The notes under the pieces were generated by a model, which saw only the letters and a program-made list of their open reading frames with translations, made no database searches and was not told where the DNA came from. From Deltaproteobacteria bacterium (GTDB lineage Bacteria > Myxococcota_A > Polyangia > Polyangiales > Houyiibacteriaceae): a DNA stretch of 64,000 nucleotides. Each line of letters opens with the position of its first letter. The stretch's first letter is position 1. Both the position numbers and the translations under genes were made by a program. Below are positions 9,051 through 19,283 of the stretch, piece after piece. Location: positions 20,167-84,166 of the forward strand of contig JAFDAJ010000010.1 in the NCBI GenBank assembly GCA_019313915.1, read 5' to 3'.

Positions 9051-10766
9051 ATGCGGTATTCGCGGGCGTTTATTCCTACGCTGAAGGAAGTTCCGAAAGA
9101 CGCGACGATGCCTTCGCATGTGCTCATGCTTCGGGCTGGCTATGCGCGGATGGTTGGGGCTGGGATCTATGAGCTGCTGCCTCTCGGGACGCGGGTCCTT
9201 CATAAGATCGAGCGGATCATTCGTGAGGAGATGGACGGGGCGGGGGCGCAGGAGATACTCATGCCGACCTTCGTTCCGAGCGAGTACTTCAAGGAGACGG
9301 GGCGCTGGGATCTGTACGGACCCACGTTGTTGCGCATCAAGGACCGCAAGGGTGGCGAGTACCACCTGGCGCCCACGCACGAGGAGATCGTCACCGATGT
9401 CGTGCGGCGCGAGATCAAGAGCTACCGGCAGCTGCCACTGAACCTGTATCAAATCCAGCTGAAGTATCGCGACGAGCCACGGCCTCGAGCGGGTCTGCTG
9501 CGCTGCCGCGAGTTCATCATGAAGGATGCGTACTCGTTTGACGTGTCAGAGGAAGCTGCCCTCGAGAGCTACGCGCAGATGCGGCAGACCTACCATCGGA
9601 TCTTCCAGCGGCTCGGGCTCGATTACCGCGTCGTCGAGGCCGACAGCGGCGCGATCGGCGGCAAGCAGAGCGCGGAATTCCAAGTCCTGGCGCAGACCGG
9701 CGAAGACTGGATCGTCGCGTGCGGGGCGTGCGACTACGCTGCCAACGTCGAGGTCGCGCAGGCTGGCCGAGCCGAGCCACCCGCTAACCAATCGACCGAG
9801 CCGGCGGCGCTAGAAAAGGTCGAAACGCCCGACACACGCTCGATCGACGAGGTCGTTTCCTTCTTTGGCGGGCAAACCACGGCGTCCCACACGCTCAAGT
9901 CGCTGCTCTACGCCGCAGGTGAAGAAGTGGTGTTGGCCGTCGTTCGCGGAGACCACGAGATCAACGAAATCGGCCTAGCCCGGCACCTTGGCGTCGAGGA
10001 GGTAGTGCTCGCATCCGACGCCGCGGTGAAAGAAGCTACCTCGACCGAGATCGGCTTCGTGGGTCCGGTGGGATTCAAAGGTCGCGTCATCGCAGATCCA
10101 GACGCGGTCGCCGTACCGAACGCGATCGTCGGCGCGGGACAGACGCCCTACCACTACAAGAACGTCAACCACGGCCGTGACTTCGAAGCGGAGGTCGTCT
10201 CGATTCGGCAAGCCACCTCGGGCGACCCTTGCCCCAACTGCGACGGCAAGCTCGAGCTCTACCGCGGCATCGAGGGTGGTCATATTTTCGTCCTAGGCAC
10301 CCACTACAGCGACAAGATGAGGGCGACGTTCCTCGACGAGGAGGGGAAGAGCCGCTCGATCGTGATGGGCTGCTATGGCATCGGGGTCACGCGCCTGATC
10401 GCCGCCATCATGGAGCAGCATCACGACGAACACGGCATCCGGTGGCCTGTCCAGGTCGCCCCCTATCAGGTGATCGTCACCCCGATCGGCAAAGACGAGG
10501 CGCCTCTCGCAAAAGCCACCGAGATCTACGAGTCGTTGCAAGCAGAAGGCGTCGAAGTCCTTCTCGACGACCGCTCCGAACGACCTGGGGTCAAGTTCAA
10601 GGACGCGGACCTTCTGGGGATCCCGGTCCGTATTACCGTAGGGACGCGTGGCCTGAAACAAGGCACTGTCGAGCTCAAGAAGCGCACCGAAAGCGAGTCC
10701 CAAGACGTTCCCGCAGACGATGCGGCAGCTGCGGCGCGCGCCGCCTTGGTGGAGCTCGCGGGCTGA
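9051..10766 (+). CDS. proS: proline--tRNA ligase
   Basis: 571 aa with class II motifs and full-length similarity to bacterial ProS, including the insertion/editing domain (MRYSRAFIPTLKE.., HLAPTHEE, FIMKDAYSF). Confidence 0.95.
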   Translation: MRYSRAFIPTLKEVPKDATMPSHVLMLRAGYARMVGAGIYELLPLGTRVLHKIERIIREEMDGAGAQEILMPTFVPSEYFKETGRWDLYGPTLLRIKDRKGGEYHLAPTHEEIVTDVVRREIKSYRQLPLNLYQIQLKYRDEPRPRAGLLRCREFIMKDAYSFDVSEEAALESYAQMRQTYHRIFQRLGLDYRVVEADSGAIGGKQSAEFQVLAQTGEDWIVACGACDYAANVEVAQAGRAEPPANQSTEPAALEKVETPDTRSIDEVVSFFGGQTTASHTLKSLLYAAGEEVVLAVVRGDHEINEIGLARHLGVEEVVLASDAAVKEATSTEIGFVGPVGFKGRVIADPDAVAVPNAIVGAGQTPYHYKNVNHGRDFEAEVVSIRQATSGDPCPNCDGKLELYRGIEGGHIFVLGTHYSDKMRATFLDEEGKSRSIVMGCYGIGVTRLIAAIMEQHHDEHGIRWPVQVAPYQVIVTPIGKDEAPLAKATEIYESLQAEGVEVLLDDRSERPGVKFKDADLLGIPVRITVGTRGLKQGTVELKKRTESESQDVPADDAAAAARAALVELAG

Positions 10767-10770
10767 GCAA

Positions 10771-10974
10771 ATGCCTCACGAGGACGAAAGATACGAAACC
10801 GCGAAGTGGCGTACGCTGTGGCTCATGGTTGGGTTCGCGGTGCTCGTCGGAGTCGGCATCGTCACGGTCCTGCGACCCGAGCTAGAGGACGAACCCGACG
10901 AGAGCGTCCCGGCTGAAATGGGTGAGATCGGGGCGGGCGAAGGGCCGGAAGCCGACCACGCTCTGCAAGAATGA
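10771..10974 (+). CDS. small membrane protein, hypothetical
   Basis: ATG lies 4 nt after the proS stop. One predicted TM helix (WRTLWLMVGFAVLVGVGIVTVL) is followed by an acidic tail. No recognisable family. Confidence 0.4.
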   Translation: MPHEDERYETAKWRTLWLMVGFAVLVGVGIVTVLRPELEDEPDESVPAEMGEIGAGEGPEADHALQE

Positions 10975-11006
10975 AGCGCAGAGCCGCCGAAGACGTATAA
11001 AGAGGC

Positions 11007-13436
11007 GTGTCGGCAACTCAACCTTTGCGCATCACCTCACAAATTTGCAATGTTATAGGGAGCGTGGCTCATCGCGGACTCATCTCAACGGTGTTCGCGG
11101 CGGTGCTATTCGCATCGCTTCCTACACCGGCGTACGCATCGCCCGACGCGCCGATGTGCGTCGGGGATCAGCCGCAGATCAGCGCCGCACCGATCAGTCT
11201 GGTGCAATGGCGCGCCCCGATGTGCGGGCCGTACCTGCACGCGTTCCAAGGCATGGATGCCCAGCCTCCCGAGGCGCGCGCAATCGAGGCGTACCGTGCC
11301 GCCATCCAGCAGATCGGGGACGCGAACTACGAGGAGGCACGCCTGCAGCTCGATTTGGCTCATCGCGGACTCCCGCGAATCAGCGATCGCATCGCCCTTC
11401 AGAGCGCCCGGCTGGAGCTCCTTCGAGGCCACCCGGGGCGGGCGGCCGAGTTCTTTGCCGAGGCCGCGCAAAGTCCACATGAAACCGTGCGGGTCGAGGC
11501 AAGCTTCGGTCAGGTCCTCGCCCTCCTTCGCGCTGGCGACCCGATCGCCGAGCAAGCCCTCCGCGACCTGCTGTGGACCTACCCGGAAATTCCCAATCGC
11601 ACAGACCTTCTGTTCGAGCATACGCAGAGCCTCCTCCGCCAGGCGCGGTACGACGAGGCGGTCGCGGCCATGCACGCCGTCCGCGTGGACCACCCTGGGA
11701 GCCGCATCGCGCCGTGGGCCGAGTCCGAACTCGCCCGGATGAGGGCGCTCGGTCATGAGACGCCGTCCATGACAGACGAAGAACGCGTGCGCCGGGCCCG
11801 TCATCTCGTGCGCACCGGTCCACTCGAAGCAGCGAAGGCTACGGTCGCCAAGCTCCTCGATAGCCCTCTCACCGGAGAGCAACACGCAGAGGTTCACTAC
11901 CTAGCGGGCCGCCTCGCTCGTGACGAGGGCCGTTGGAAGGCGGCAGAGACATACTTGCGGACCGCGCAGCTGTTCCCCGCCGAGAACGTCGCCACCGCGC
12001 AGCACATCGAGAGACGCGCACACGACATGGCGGAAACGGCCAGTGCGCGCGACCCGGGCGAAGCACTGCGCCAGCTCACAGGATTGCGCGCGAGGCGAGC
12101 GACTGCGTCGATCCCGTCGAGCCGGCTCGTGGACATGGTGCGCGTGGCTTCCGCGGCGGGTTTCAGGGAAGAGGTCGACGGGATTGTCGTCGTCCTGAGC
12201 ACGCGGGCTGGGGTCCCGTCCGCCATGCTCTTCGATGCAGCGATGGCAGCCGCCGGAACGGGCAGCGAGGGCCTGGTCATTGCGTTGCTGGAGGACATCG
12301 CCAAGCGCCCCAGCGCCCGCTACAGGACAGCCGCAATGTACCACTTGGCCAGAGCGCACGAGCGAGCGAACCGGCCTACGGAGGCTGCTATCTTCTTCAC
12401 GCAGGCGAAGTCGAACGCGGATCTCAGCGGGGACGGCTACTATGCATTGTGGGCCGAAAACGGCCTCGGGCGAGTTGAACGCGGCCAACATAGCTCCGGC
12501 GACGAGGGGCTGTCCGACCGGCAAGGGCAGACGGTTCCCCCACCCCCCCGGGCGTCCGAGCGCGCGCTCGCCAAGCAGCTCGATCCGATCGGCGACGTTC
12601 ACGCGGACACTTATCCGTGGATCGGACGCGCGGCAACTCTACTCCGAGTGGGGGAGCGCGATGCAGCCACCGCTGAGCTCTTTGAAACCTACCTGACGTG
12701 GCGCCACGCGCTCGGCAGACCCATCGCGCGGGCGGGCCTGACCTGCATTGCGCGGGCGGACGGCCGCATACACGAACCGATTGCGAGCGACGTTCGTGCC
12801 GCGCGCATCGATCTTTCCGACGAAGACCGCGCCACGCTCGCCCGGGTGGCCGCCACGCTTGGCGACATGGGAACGGCCGGCGGCTTTTCGGGCCCCGACT
12901 TCCTCGATACCTTGCCGCGTGCGTACGAATGGCTCGCGGTTCCCGCTGCCAGGCGATACGGGCTCGACCCCAACGTCCTGCTCGCAGTGATGCGCGTCGA
13001 AAGCGCATATCAGAAGCACATCGTGTCGTACGCCGGCGCTGTTGGCCTCATGCAGATCATGCCGCGAACAGGGCAGCTGATCGCACACACGCTAGGCCAC
13101 GATGATTTCACGCCGGCCGATCTCCTCGACCCGCGACTCAATCTCGAGTTCGCCGCTTGGTACCTGAGCTCCTTGATTCACCGGTTCGACGGTCGGTTGC
13201 CGCTGGCCATTGCCGCCTACAACGGCGGGCCCCACAACGTCCGACGCTGGATTCAGGAGGGCGCCGAGGGAACGCCCCTCGACGTCTTGTTGGAGCGCAT
13301 CCCCTTCACGCAGACCCATCGCTACGTCCGCAAGGTGTTGGTTCATTACGAGGCCTACCGGCAACAGCGCGATCTGCCCATGCCGCAACTGTCGGTTCGA
13401 CTTCCGGCGCAGCGGATCGACCCACTCGCTTTCTAG
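11007..13436 (+). CDS. lytic murein transglycosylase (Slt family) with TPR-like N-terminal region
   Basis: C-terminal SLT domain: LLAVMRVESAYQ (catalytic Glu), GLMQIMPRTG and AAYNGGPHNVRRW. It has a signal-like N-terminus. The exact start is uncertain (alternative GTG 11064). Confidence 0.85.
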   Translation: MSATQPLRITSQICNVIGSVAHRGLISTVFAAVLFASLPTPAYASPDAPMCVGDQPQISAAPISLVQWRAPMCGPYLHAFQGMDAQPPEARAIEAYRAAIQQIGDANYEEARLQLDLAHRGLPRISDRIALQSARLELLRGHPGRAAEFFAEAAQSPHETVRVEASFGQVLALLRAGDPIAEQALRDLLWTYPEIPNRTDLLFEHTQSLLRQARYDEAVAAMHAVRVDHPGSRIAPWAESELARMRALGHETPSMTDEERVRRARHLVRTGPLEAAKATVAKLLDSPLTGEQHAEVHYLAGRLARDEGRWKAAETYLRTAQLFPAENVATAQHIERRAHDMAETASARDPGEALRQLTGLRARRATASIPSSRLVDMVRVASAAGFREEVDGIVVVLSTRAGVPSAMLFDAAMAAAGTGSEGLVIALLEDIAKRPSARYRTAAMYHLARAHERANRPTEAAIFFTQAKSNADLSGDGYYALWAENGLGRVERGQHSSGDEGLSDRQGQTVPPPPRASERALAKQLDPIGDVHADTYPWIGRAATLLRVGERDAATAELFETYLTWRHALGRPIARAGLTCIARADGRIHEPIASDVRAARIDLSDEDRATLARVAATLGDMGTAGGFSGPDFLDTLPRAYEWLAVPAARRYGLDPNVLLAVMRVESAYQKHIVSYAGAVGLMQIMPRTGQLIAHTLGHDDFTPADLLDPRLNLEFAAWYLSSLIHRFDGRLPLAIAAYNGGPHNVRRWIQEGAEGTPLDVLLERIPFTQTHRYVRKVLVHYEAYRQQRDLPMPQLSVRLPAQRIDPLAF

Positions 13437-13448
13437 GGGAGAATTGTG

Positions 13449-14558
13449 ATGTCTGAACAGGTCGACGCGGTCGTGATCGGTGCTGGCGTGGTGGGCCTCG
13501 CGTGCGCGTACGAGCTCTCCCAACGGCTCGATTCGGTGGTGGTCCTCGAGCGGGAGGTCGGGCCCGGGCGCGAGATTTCGAGCCGGAATAGCGGTGTGGT
13601 CCATGCGGGGATCTATTACCCAGACGATTCCCTCAAGACGAAGCTGTGCATCGAAGGGAATCGACGTCTCTACCAATGGTGTGAAACCCATGAGGTGCCA
13701 CACAAACACACGGGCAAGTTGATCGTCGCGACTAGCGCGCAGGACGAACAACGTCTTCGCGCGATCGCTCGCCACGCCAAGGACGTCGGCGCTGGCGAGC
13801 TTCGGCTCATGACCGGGAGCGAGGCGACCCAGCAGGAACCGGAGCTCCGTTGCGCGCTCGCGCTTCACTCACCGACCTCGGGCGTGGTCGACGTCCACGA
13901 GTTCATCGCGAGCCTCGTGCATGAAATCAAGGAAGCAGACGGCACGGTCGTGTACCACACCGCCGTCGATGAAATCCGGAGATCCCGGGATGGCTGGGTG
14001 GTTCAGACCACAGACACGACGGGGAGCCGGATGGAGCTGGAGGCGCGGCGGGTCATCAACGCCGCCGGTCTTTCGGCGCTCGACGTGGCTGCCAGTTCGG
14101 GGCTGCCCGAGGCGGAGCGACCCTGGCGTTTGTATCCCTGCAAGGGCTCGTACTTCGCGCTCGGCGCGGGAGCGCCGCCCACACGCAACAGTTTGATCTA
14201 CCCACTGCCCGAAGGCGGCGGTCTCGGGGTACACATCACGGCGGACATCACGGGCGCGCGGCGGGCAGGACCTGATGCCGAGTTCATCGACACCATCGAA
14301 TACTCGGTGGACGAATCCCGACTCGAGCGTTTCGCCGAGGCAGTCGCGCGCTACCTCCCAGCAATCCGGCCGGAGCACTTGACGCCTGACTATAGTGGGA
14401 TTCGGCCAAAGCTGGTTGGCCCCGGGGGCGGATTCGCAGACTTCGTCATTGCCAATCCGGCGTCGCAGCCGGGATTCGTACACCTGATTGGCATCGAATC
14501 TCCAGGGCTTACGGCCGCCCTTGCCATCGGTGCGCACGTGTCCAATGTGATCGGTTAG
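13449..14558 (+). CDS. FAD-dependent oxidoreductase (L-2-hydroxyglutarate oxidase LhgO-like)
   Basis: FAD Rossmann motif [13 protein letters not shown], then [20 protein letters not shown] lies 7 nt before ATG 13449. Confidence 0.75.
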   Translation: MSEQVDAVVIGAGVVGLACAYELSQRLDSVVVLEREVGPGREISSRNSGVVHAGIYYPDDSLKTKLCIEGNRRLYQWCETHEVPHKHTGKLIVATSAQDEQRLRAIARHAKDVGAGELRLMTGSEATQQEPELRCALALHSPTSGVVDVHEFIASLVHEIKEADGTVVYHTAVDEIRRSRDGWVVQTTDTTGSRMELEARRVINAAGLSALDVAASSGLPEAERPWRLYPCKGSYFALGAGAPPTRNSLIYPLPEGGGLGVHITADITGARRAGPDAEFIDTIEYSVDESRLERFAEAVARYLPAIRPEHLTPDYSGIRPKLVGPGGGFADFVIANPASQPGFVHLIGIESPGLTAALAIGAHVSNVIG

Positions 14559-14611
14559 GGGTTGCGCGCCCGCCCGCGGGTATGCATAACCCGGGCCTCA
14601 AAAGGAGTGTC

Positions 14612-15559
14612 ATGAGCCATCGAGTCTTGATCATCGGCAGCGGACCTGCAGCCCACACCGCGGCCATTTACGCGGCACGTGCCGAACTGAAGCCGGTGCT
14701 TTTCGAGGGCTTCATGGCGGGCGGCATCGCCGCTGGCGGCCAGCTAACCACCACGACGGACGTCGACAACTTCCCCGGCTTCCCCGAAGGCGTCATGGGC
14801 CCGGAGCTGACCGAGCGTTTCCGAGCGCAGTCCGAGCGCTTCGGTACGACGATTCACACCGAGACCATCACCGAGCTCGATCTCTCGAGTCGCCCTTTTC
14901 ACTTCAAGGCCGACTCCGAGGTAGGCACCGCGGACTCGATCATCATCGCGACCGGCGCGACGGCTAGACGGCTCGACATCCCAGGCACCAACGACGGGGA
15001 ACTCTGGCAGAGGGGCATCTCGGCCTGCGCGGTGTGTGACGGCGCGTTGCCGGCCTTCCGCGATCAGCCTCTCGCGGTGATCGGCGGCGGCGACTCGGCA
15101 GTCGAAGAGGCTGCGTATCTTACGAAGTTTGGTTCGAAAGTGTACCTCGTTCACCGCCGCGACGAGCTCCGCGCCTCGAAGATCATGCAACAGCGCGCAC
15201 TCCACAATCCGAAGATCGAGATGCTCTGGTCGCACGTGGTCACGCAGGCGAAGGGCACCGACTTCCTCCAAGCGATGCGCGTCAAAGACCTCAAGACCGA
15301 CGAAGAGTGTGATATCCCGGTTGCAGGCCTGTTCTTCGCGATCGGTCATACGCCGAACACCGCGTTCTTGAATGGCCAGATCGATATCGATGAGCAGGAC
15401 TACATCATCACGAAGCCCGATTCGACGCAGACCAACGTCCCCGGAGTGTTCGCGGCGGGCGACGTGCAGGACAAAAAGTGGAGGCAGGCGATCACAGCCG
15501 CCGGCACCGGCTGCATGGCTGCCCTAGAAGCCGAGCAGTTCCTAGCCGCCAACCCGTGA
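14612..15559 (+). CDS. trxB: thioredoxin-disulfide reductase
   Basis: [13 protein letters not shown] motif, redox-active CAVCDG and the NADPH motif [16 protein letters not shown] precedes ATG 14612. Confidence 0.95.
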   Translation: MSHRVLIIGSGPAAHTAAIYAARAELKPVLFEGFMAGGIAAGGQLTTTTDVDNFPGFPEGVMGPELTERFRAQSERFGTTIHTETITELDLSSRPFHFKADSEVGTADSIIIATGATARRLDIPGTNDGELWQRGISACAVCDGALPAFRDQPLAVIGGGDSAVEEAAYLTKFGSKVYLVHRRDELRASKIMQQRALHNPKIEMLWSHVVTQAKGTDFLQAMRVKDLKTDEECDIPVAGLFFAIGHTPNTAFLNGQIDIDEQDYIITKPDSTQTNVPGVFAAGDVQDKKWRQAITAAGTGCMAALEAEQFLAANP

Positions 15560-15581
15560 AAAAGGGGACAGTCCCCTTTTT
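15559..15581. terminator. bidirectional intrinsic terminator (trxB / phosphoesterase)
   Basis: AAAAAGGGGA-CAG-TCCCCTTTTT forms a perfect 10-bp stem flanked by A and T runs. It sits between two convergent stop codons. Confidence 0.7.
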
Positions 15582-15588
15582 CGAGGGG

Positions 15589-16581
15589 TTAGTGGTTGAG
15601 GTCCGGACGTTTGCCGTTGCCATTTCGGCGCTCGCGGCGTTCGTGCTTGCGCCGCACTGCCTCCGCGCGGCGCTCCTTGGTCTTGGTCGAGGGCACTCGC
15701 CCGGGATGCGCCTCTTGCTCTTGGTGGTGCTCATCAAAGGCGCCAGGTTGCGTGCCGAGCTCGAAGAACGCGACCTCGCGCTTCGCGCGTTCACCCACGC
15801 GTAGCGAAACGATCGCAGCCCCTACCCCGGCACCCACATAAACCGCGCCCTTCGGGTCCTCCGCGCCACGCGAACCATAGAGCCCGTGAATGTACTTGTG
15901 GCCGGCGAGCCTCCCGACGGAAAGCTCGTGAAGGCGCGCAACGGTGACCTGTCCGGCGTGGGTGTGACCGGAAAACACCAGTGGAACCCCCTCCTCCCAA
16001 AGCGCGTCGGCTTCCTCCGCGATGTGCGAAAGCCCAATGACCGGCAGGTCGGAGCGAAGGCCCTTCAGCGCGTGACGATGATCGGCGTGCCCGGTGTATG
16101 CATCGTCGAGACCGAGGACTTGCAGCGGTTGGTTCCGGATGGTGATCGTCGTGTGCGAGTTGTCGAGCACCTCGGCCCCACCGCGCCGGAGCGCCTTTCG
16201 GACCGGTTCCGCACCCGCCCAGTGGTCGTGGTTGCCGAGGACCGCAAACACGGGCGCGTCGATCTTGCTGATCACGTCGGTGAGATCGTCGAGGTACACC
16301 TGACTGTGGCAGACGAAGTCACCGCTGATGACGACGAGGTCGGGCTTGCCAGCGTTGGTCATCGAGACCGCGTCGTACTGGACCTCCATCGGCGTGACGC
16401 GACCGACGTGCAGGTCGGTCAAGTGCGCGACCCGCACCCCTTCGAGGTGATCGAGAAAGCATTCCGGGCCCGCAAACCGGCGTATGCGAAACCGACGCGA
16501 CGTGTCGTGCCAGGGGTCTCGCTCACGCAAAAGCTTCTTTCGAAACTTCCGGAGCCCCTCAATGGTGGCGGATCCGCTCAT
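15589..16581 (-). CDS. metallophosphoesterase
   Basis: Calcineurin-like motifs are present: LTDLHVG, SGDFV, GNHDHW and GHTHAG. The C-terminal tail is basic. Confidence 0.85.
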   Translation of the reverse strand: MSGSATIEGLRKFRKKLLRERDPWHDTSRRFRIRRFAGPECFLDHLEGVRVAHLTDLHVGRVTPMEVQYDAVSMTNAGKPDLVVISGDFVCHSQVYLDDLTDVISKIDAPVFAVLGNHDHWAGAEPVRKALRRGGAEVLDNSHTTITIRNQPLQVLGLDDAYTGHADHRHALKGLRSDLPVIGLSHIAEEADALWEEGVPLVFSGHTHAGQVTVARLHELSVGRLAGHKYIHGLYGSRGAEDPKGAVYVGAGVGAAIVSLRVGERAKREVAFFELGTQPGAFDEHHQEQEAHPGRVPSTKTKERRAEAVRRKHERRERRNGNGKRPDLNH

Positions 16582-16606
16582 CTTTGAAACAATCTAGTCA
16601 TTCCGC

Positions 16607-16771
16607 TCAATGCCCGCACGAATCTCGCGGTGGGCGCTTTCGCGTCAATCTCGAAACGGGCACGTCTGGACCGTTCGAACGGGGCTGGTCCTTCTTGTGG
16701 CGAAGGCGCCAGATCACGTAGGCGCCAGCAGCCAGGACGATGAACCCTGCCATGATTTGTTGCCACGGCAT
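16607..16771 (-). CDS. small membrane protein downstream of feoB (possible FeoB-associated peptide)
   Basis: Hand-found 54-codon ORF, below the track cutoff: MPWQQIMAGFIVLAAGAYVIWRLRHKKDQPRSNGPDVPVSRLTRKRPPRDSCGH. Its ATG lies 9 nt after the feoB stop. It has one TM helix followed by a basic stretch. Confidence 0.4.
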   Translation of the reverse strand: MPWQQIMAGFIVLAAGAYVIWRLRHKKDQPRSNGPDVPVSRLTRKRPPRDSCGH

Positions 16772-16780
16772 ACTCAAAAC

Positions 16781-18949
16781 CTATCCAAAACCGAGGAGTT
16801 GGCCTCCCTGATAAACCGCGAAGGAGGCCGTATATGCAAGCACCGTCATGTAGGTGAAGAGGAACACCGGCCACTTCCAGGACCCGGATTCCCTTCTGAC
16901 TACGGCAAGTGTGCTCATGCACTGGCAAGCGAGCAAGAAGAAGATCATCAGCGAAATGCCGCTGAGCGGCGTCATCACGGGGGTCCCGTCGGCGTGGCGG
17001 GCGTCCTGGAGGGCTTGCCGCAAGGGCTTATTCTCCTCGTCGGCCTCCCCTATGCCAAAGACCACCCCAAGCGTCGAGATGAACACCTCACGTGCGGCAA
17101 ACGCACCGATGATCCCAACCCCGATTTGCCAGTCGAAACCGATAGGCCTGATCGCGGGCTCGATGGCGTGTCCGAACCTGCCACCAAAGCTGTTTCCGAG
17201 CTGGTCGGCCGCTTCGTGCGAATCAATCGCCCGCAACAACACTTCCTTTTCCGCCTCCGGCGCCCCCATCTGCTCCACGCGCACTCGCTCGGCGGCGTAG
17301 TGCTCGGTCACGTCAGCGGACTTCGGAAACGAAAGCAGGGCCCAGAGTAGGATTGTCATCGCCAAGATGATCGTGCCGGCGTCGACCAAAAAGATGCGCA
17401 GTCGGCGCCAGGCGTTGAGCCACAAGATCTGCGCTGAAGGCCACCGGTACGGAGGCATCTCGAGCACAAACGTCGGCGCGGGGCCAGGAAGCACGGTGCG
17501 GCGAATGACTGCAGCGGCCGTGAGCGTGACGAGCACCGACAACGTGTACATCGAGAACAGCGCAACGGCCCCCGCGCTGAACCAACCGACCGACTGCCCC
17601 GCGAAGACGGTGCCGACAACCAGGATGTAGATCGGAAGGCGCGCGCTGCAGGACATCAACGGAAGCGCCAACATCGTCACCAAGCGATCTCGGCGGCGTT
17701 CGATCGTGCGCGTGGCCATGACGGCGGGGACTGCGCAAGCAAACCCGGACAACAGGGGAACGAATGCTTTTCCGTGCAGCCCCACCCCTTTCATCACGCG
17801 ATCGATCCCGAAAGCGACACGCGCGAGATACCCGGAGTCCTCGAGAAACCCAATGAAGAGGAAGAGCATCAGGATCTGAGGGGCGAAAACGATGACGTTG
17901 CCCACACCCGCAATGATGCCCTCGACGACCAAATCCTGGAGCACCCCGGGGGGGAGAATCGCCGCGGCTTGGGCCTGCATGAACCCGGTGAAACGTTCGA
18001 TCGCGGCAATTAAGGGCTCGGCTCCGGCGAAGAGCGCTTCAAAAATCCCAAACATCACAACGGCAAAGACGGCCAGCCCAGCGATCGGATGAGTCAGCAC
18101 CCGGTCGATGCGCTCGCTCCATGGCGGCTGCGGATCCTGGACAGAACACACCTGGCCCACGGCATCGTCGATCCAGGCGTAGCGCGAGGAGACGATCTCC
18201 AGGTCGAGGTTGCGGCCCTGGGCGTTGGCAGCCTCGCGAATGTCGTGGACGGCCTGCCGCACTGTATCTGGAACGTCACGGAGGCTGTCTTCACCCAGAG
18301 AAAGGAAGCACCAATGCGCGACCGCGCGAAGCTGGCGCGGGGCTGTACCCGGACGCCATTGTGCGATGACGGGAACGAGCTTTGCCACGTCGGCTTCGAG
18401 CTCGGGCGGGTAAGCCACGTTTGGCTGTGGCGCGCCGCTCACGGGCCCGAGCTGTTTCTCGAGCGCCGCAAGCAGAGCATCCATGCCGCGCCGCTTGGTG
18501 GCCACCACGGGAATGACGGGCGAGCCAAAGAGCTGCGACAGTCGTTCGGTGTCGATGCGAAGCCCAAGACGCTCCGCGGAGTCCATCATGTTGAGCGCGA
18601 CGACAACGGGGACACCGGACTCGACGAGTTGCAACGCGAGATAAAGGCCTCGCTGCAACGTCGTCGCCTCTACGACGCAAATCACCGCCCGCGTGTCCCC
18701 TTCGATTAGCGCGTTGACCGCGAGCTGCTCTTCGGGGGAGCCCGCGGTAAGACTATACATCCCGGGCACGTCGACCAACTCGATGTCCTGCGCACTGAGC
18801 CGCACGCGCGCGCTCGTCCGGTCGACCGTGACGCCGGGATAGTTCCCGACATGCGCGCTTCCGCCGGAGAGCGCGTTGAAGAGGGTGCTCTTTCCGCAGT
18901 TGGGGTTGCCCGCGATCAGCACCTGCGGAGGGGACGCACCGCTGCTCAC
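16781..18949 (-). CDS. feoB: ferrous iron transporter FeoB
   Basis: N-terminal G-domain (GNPNCGKSTLFNALSG, DVPGMYSL) plus the polytopic gate/membrane domains. 722 aa. Confidence 0.95.
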   Translation of the reverse strand: MSSGASPPQVLIAGNPNCGKSTLFNALSGGSAHVGNYPGVTVDRTSARVRLSAQDIELVDVPGMYSLTAGSPEEQLAVNALIEGDTRAVICVVEATTLQRGLYLALQLVESGVPVVVALNMMDSAERLGLRIDTERLSQLFGSPVIPVVATKRRGMDALLAALEKQLGPVSGAPQPNVAYPPELEADVAKLVPVIAQWRPGTAPRQLRAVAHWCFLSLGEDSLRDVPDTVRQAVHDIREAANAQGRNLDLEIVSSRYAWIDDAVGQVCSVQDPQPPWSERIDRVLTHPIAGLAVFAVVMFGIFEALFAGAEPLIAAIERFTGFMQAQAAAILPPGVLQDLVVEGIIAGVGNVIVFAPQILMLFLFIGFLEDSGYLARVAFGIDRVMKGVGLHGKAFVPLLSGFACAVPAVMATRTIERRRDRLVTMLALPLMSCSARLPIYILVVGTVFAGQSVGWFSAGAVALFSMYTLSVLVTLTAAAVIRRTVLPGPAPTFVLEMPPYRWPSAQILWLNAWRRLRIFLVDAGTIILAMTILLWALLSFPKSADVTEHYAAERVRVEQMGAPEAEKEVLLRAIDSHEAADQLGNSFGGRFGHAIEPAIRPIGFDWQIGVGIIGAFAAREVFISTLGVVFGIGEADEENKPLRQALQDARHADGTPVMTPLSGISLMIFFLLACQCMSTLAVVRRESGSWKWPVFLFTYMTVLAYTASFAVYQGGQLLGFG

Positions 18950-19185
18950 ACTGTTTCCTCAGGGCTCACGGCAATCTGGGCCGCCTCGGCGCGCCGGAGC
19001 GACAATGAGTAATTGCGGACCCGAAGCTCGATCGGGTCGCCAAGCGGCGCTACCCGGACCACCCGAACGTGAGTCCCAGGGAGAAGGCCCATCTCCATCA
19101 GGCGCCGCGATATACGGCGCTCACAGTCGATCGACGCAATCTCCGCGGGCTGCCCGACGGGCAAATCGGCCAGGGAGGTCTTCAC
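18946..19185 (-). CDS. feoA: ferrous iron transport protein FeoA
   Basis: 79-aa SH3-like FeoA (LADLPVGQPAEI..RLMEMGLLPGTHVRVV). Its end overlaps the feoB start by 4 nt. GTG start. Confidence 0.85.
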   Translation of the reverse strand: MKTSLADLPVGQPAEIASIDCERRISRRLMEMGLLPGTHVRVVRVAPLGDPIELRVRNYSLSLRRAEAAQIAVSPEETV

Positions 19186-19193
19186 CGCCTACT

Positions 19194-19212
19194 GATAATG
19201 AATTTCTTTTTC
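19194..19212 (-). promoter_or_regulatory. putative Fur box upstream of feoAB
   Basis: GATAATGAATTTCTTTTTC matches the classical Fur box GATAATGATAATCATTATC at 14/19 positions, including the first 8. It lies 9 nt upstream of the feoA start. A fur gene is present at 52787. Confidence 0.5.
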
Positions 19213-19224
19213 GCAGGCAACCGC

Positions 19225-19252
19225 TTGGAATTTGGGGTGAAGTCTCTATAGA
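19225..19252 (+). promoter_or_regulatory. sigma70-like promoter for tpx
   Basis: TTGGAA-N16-TATAGA lies about 30 nt upstream of the AAGGAGA RBS. Confidence 0.35.
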
Positions 19253-19283
19253 ACCGGCCTACTCGTGCCTCAGAAGGAGAATC

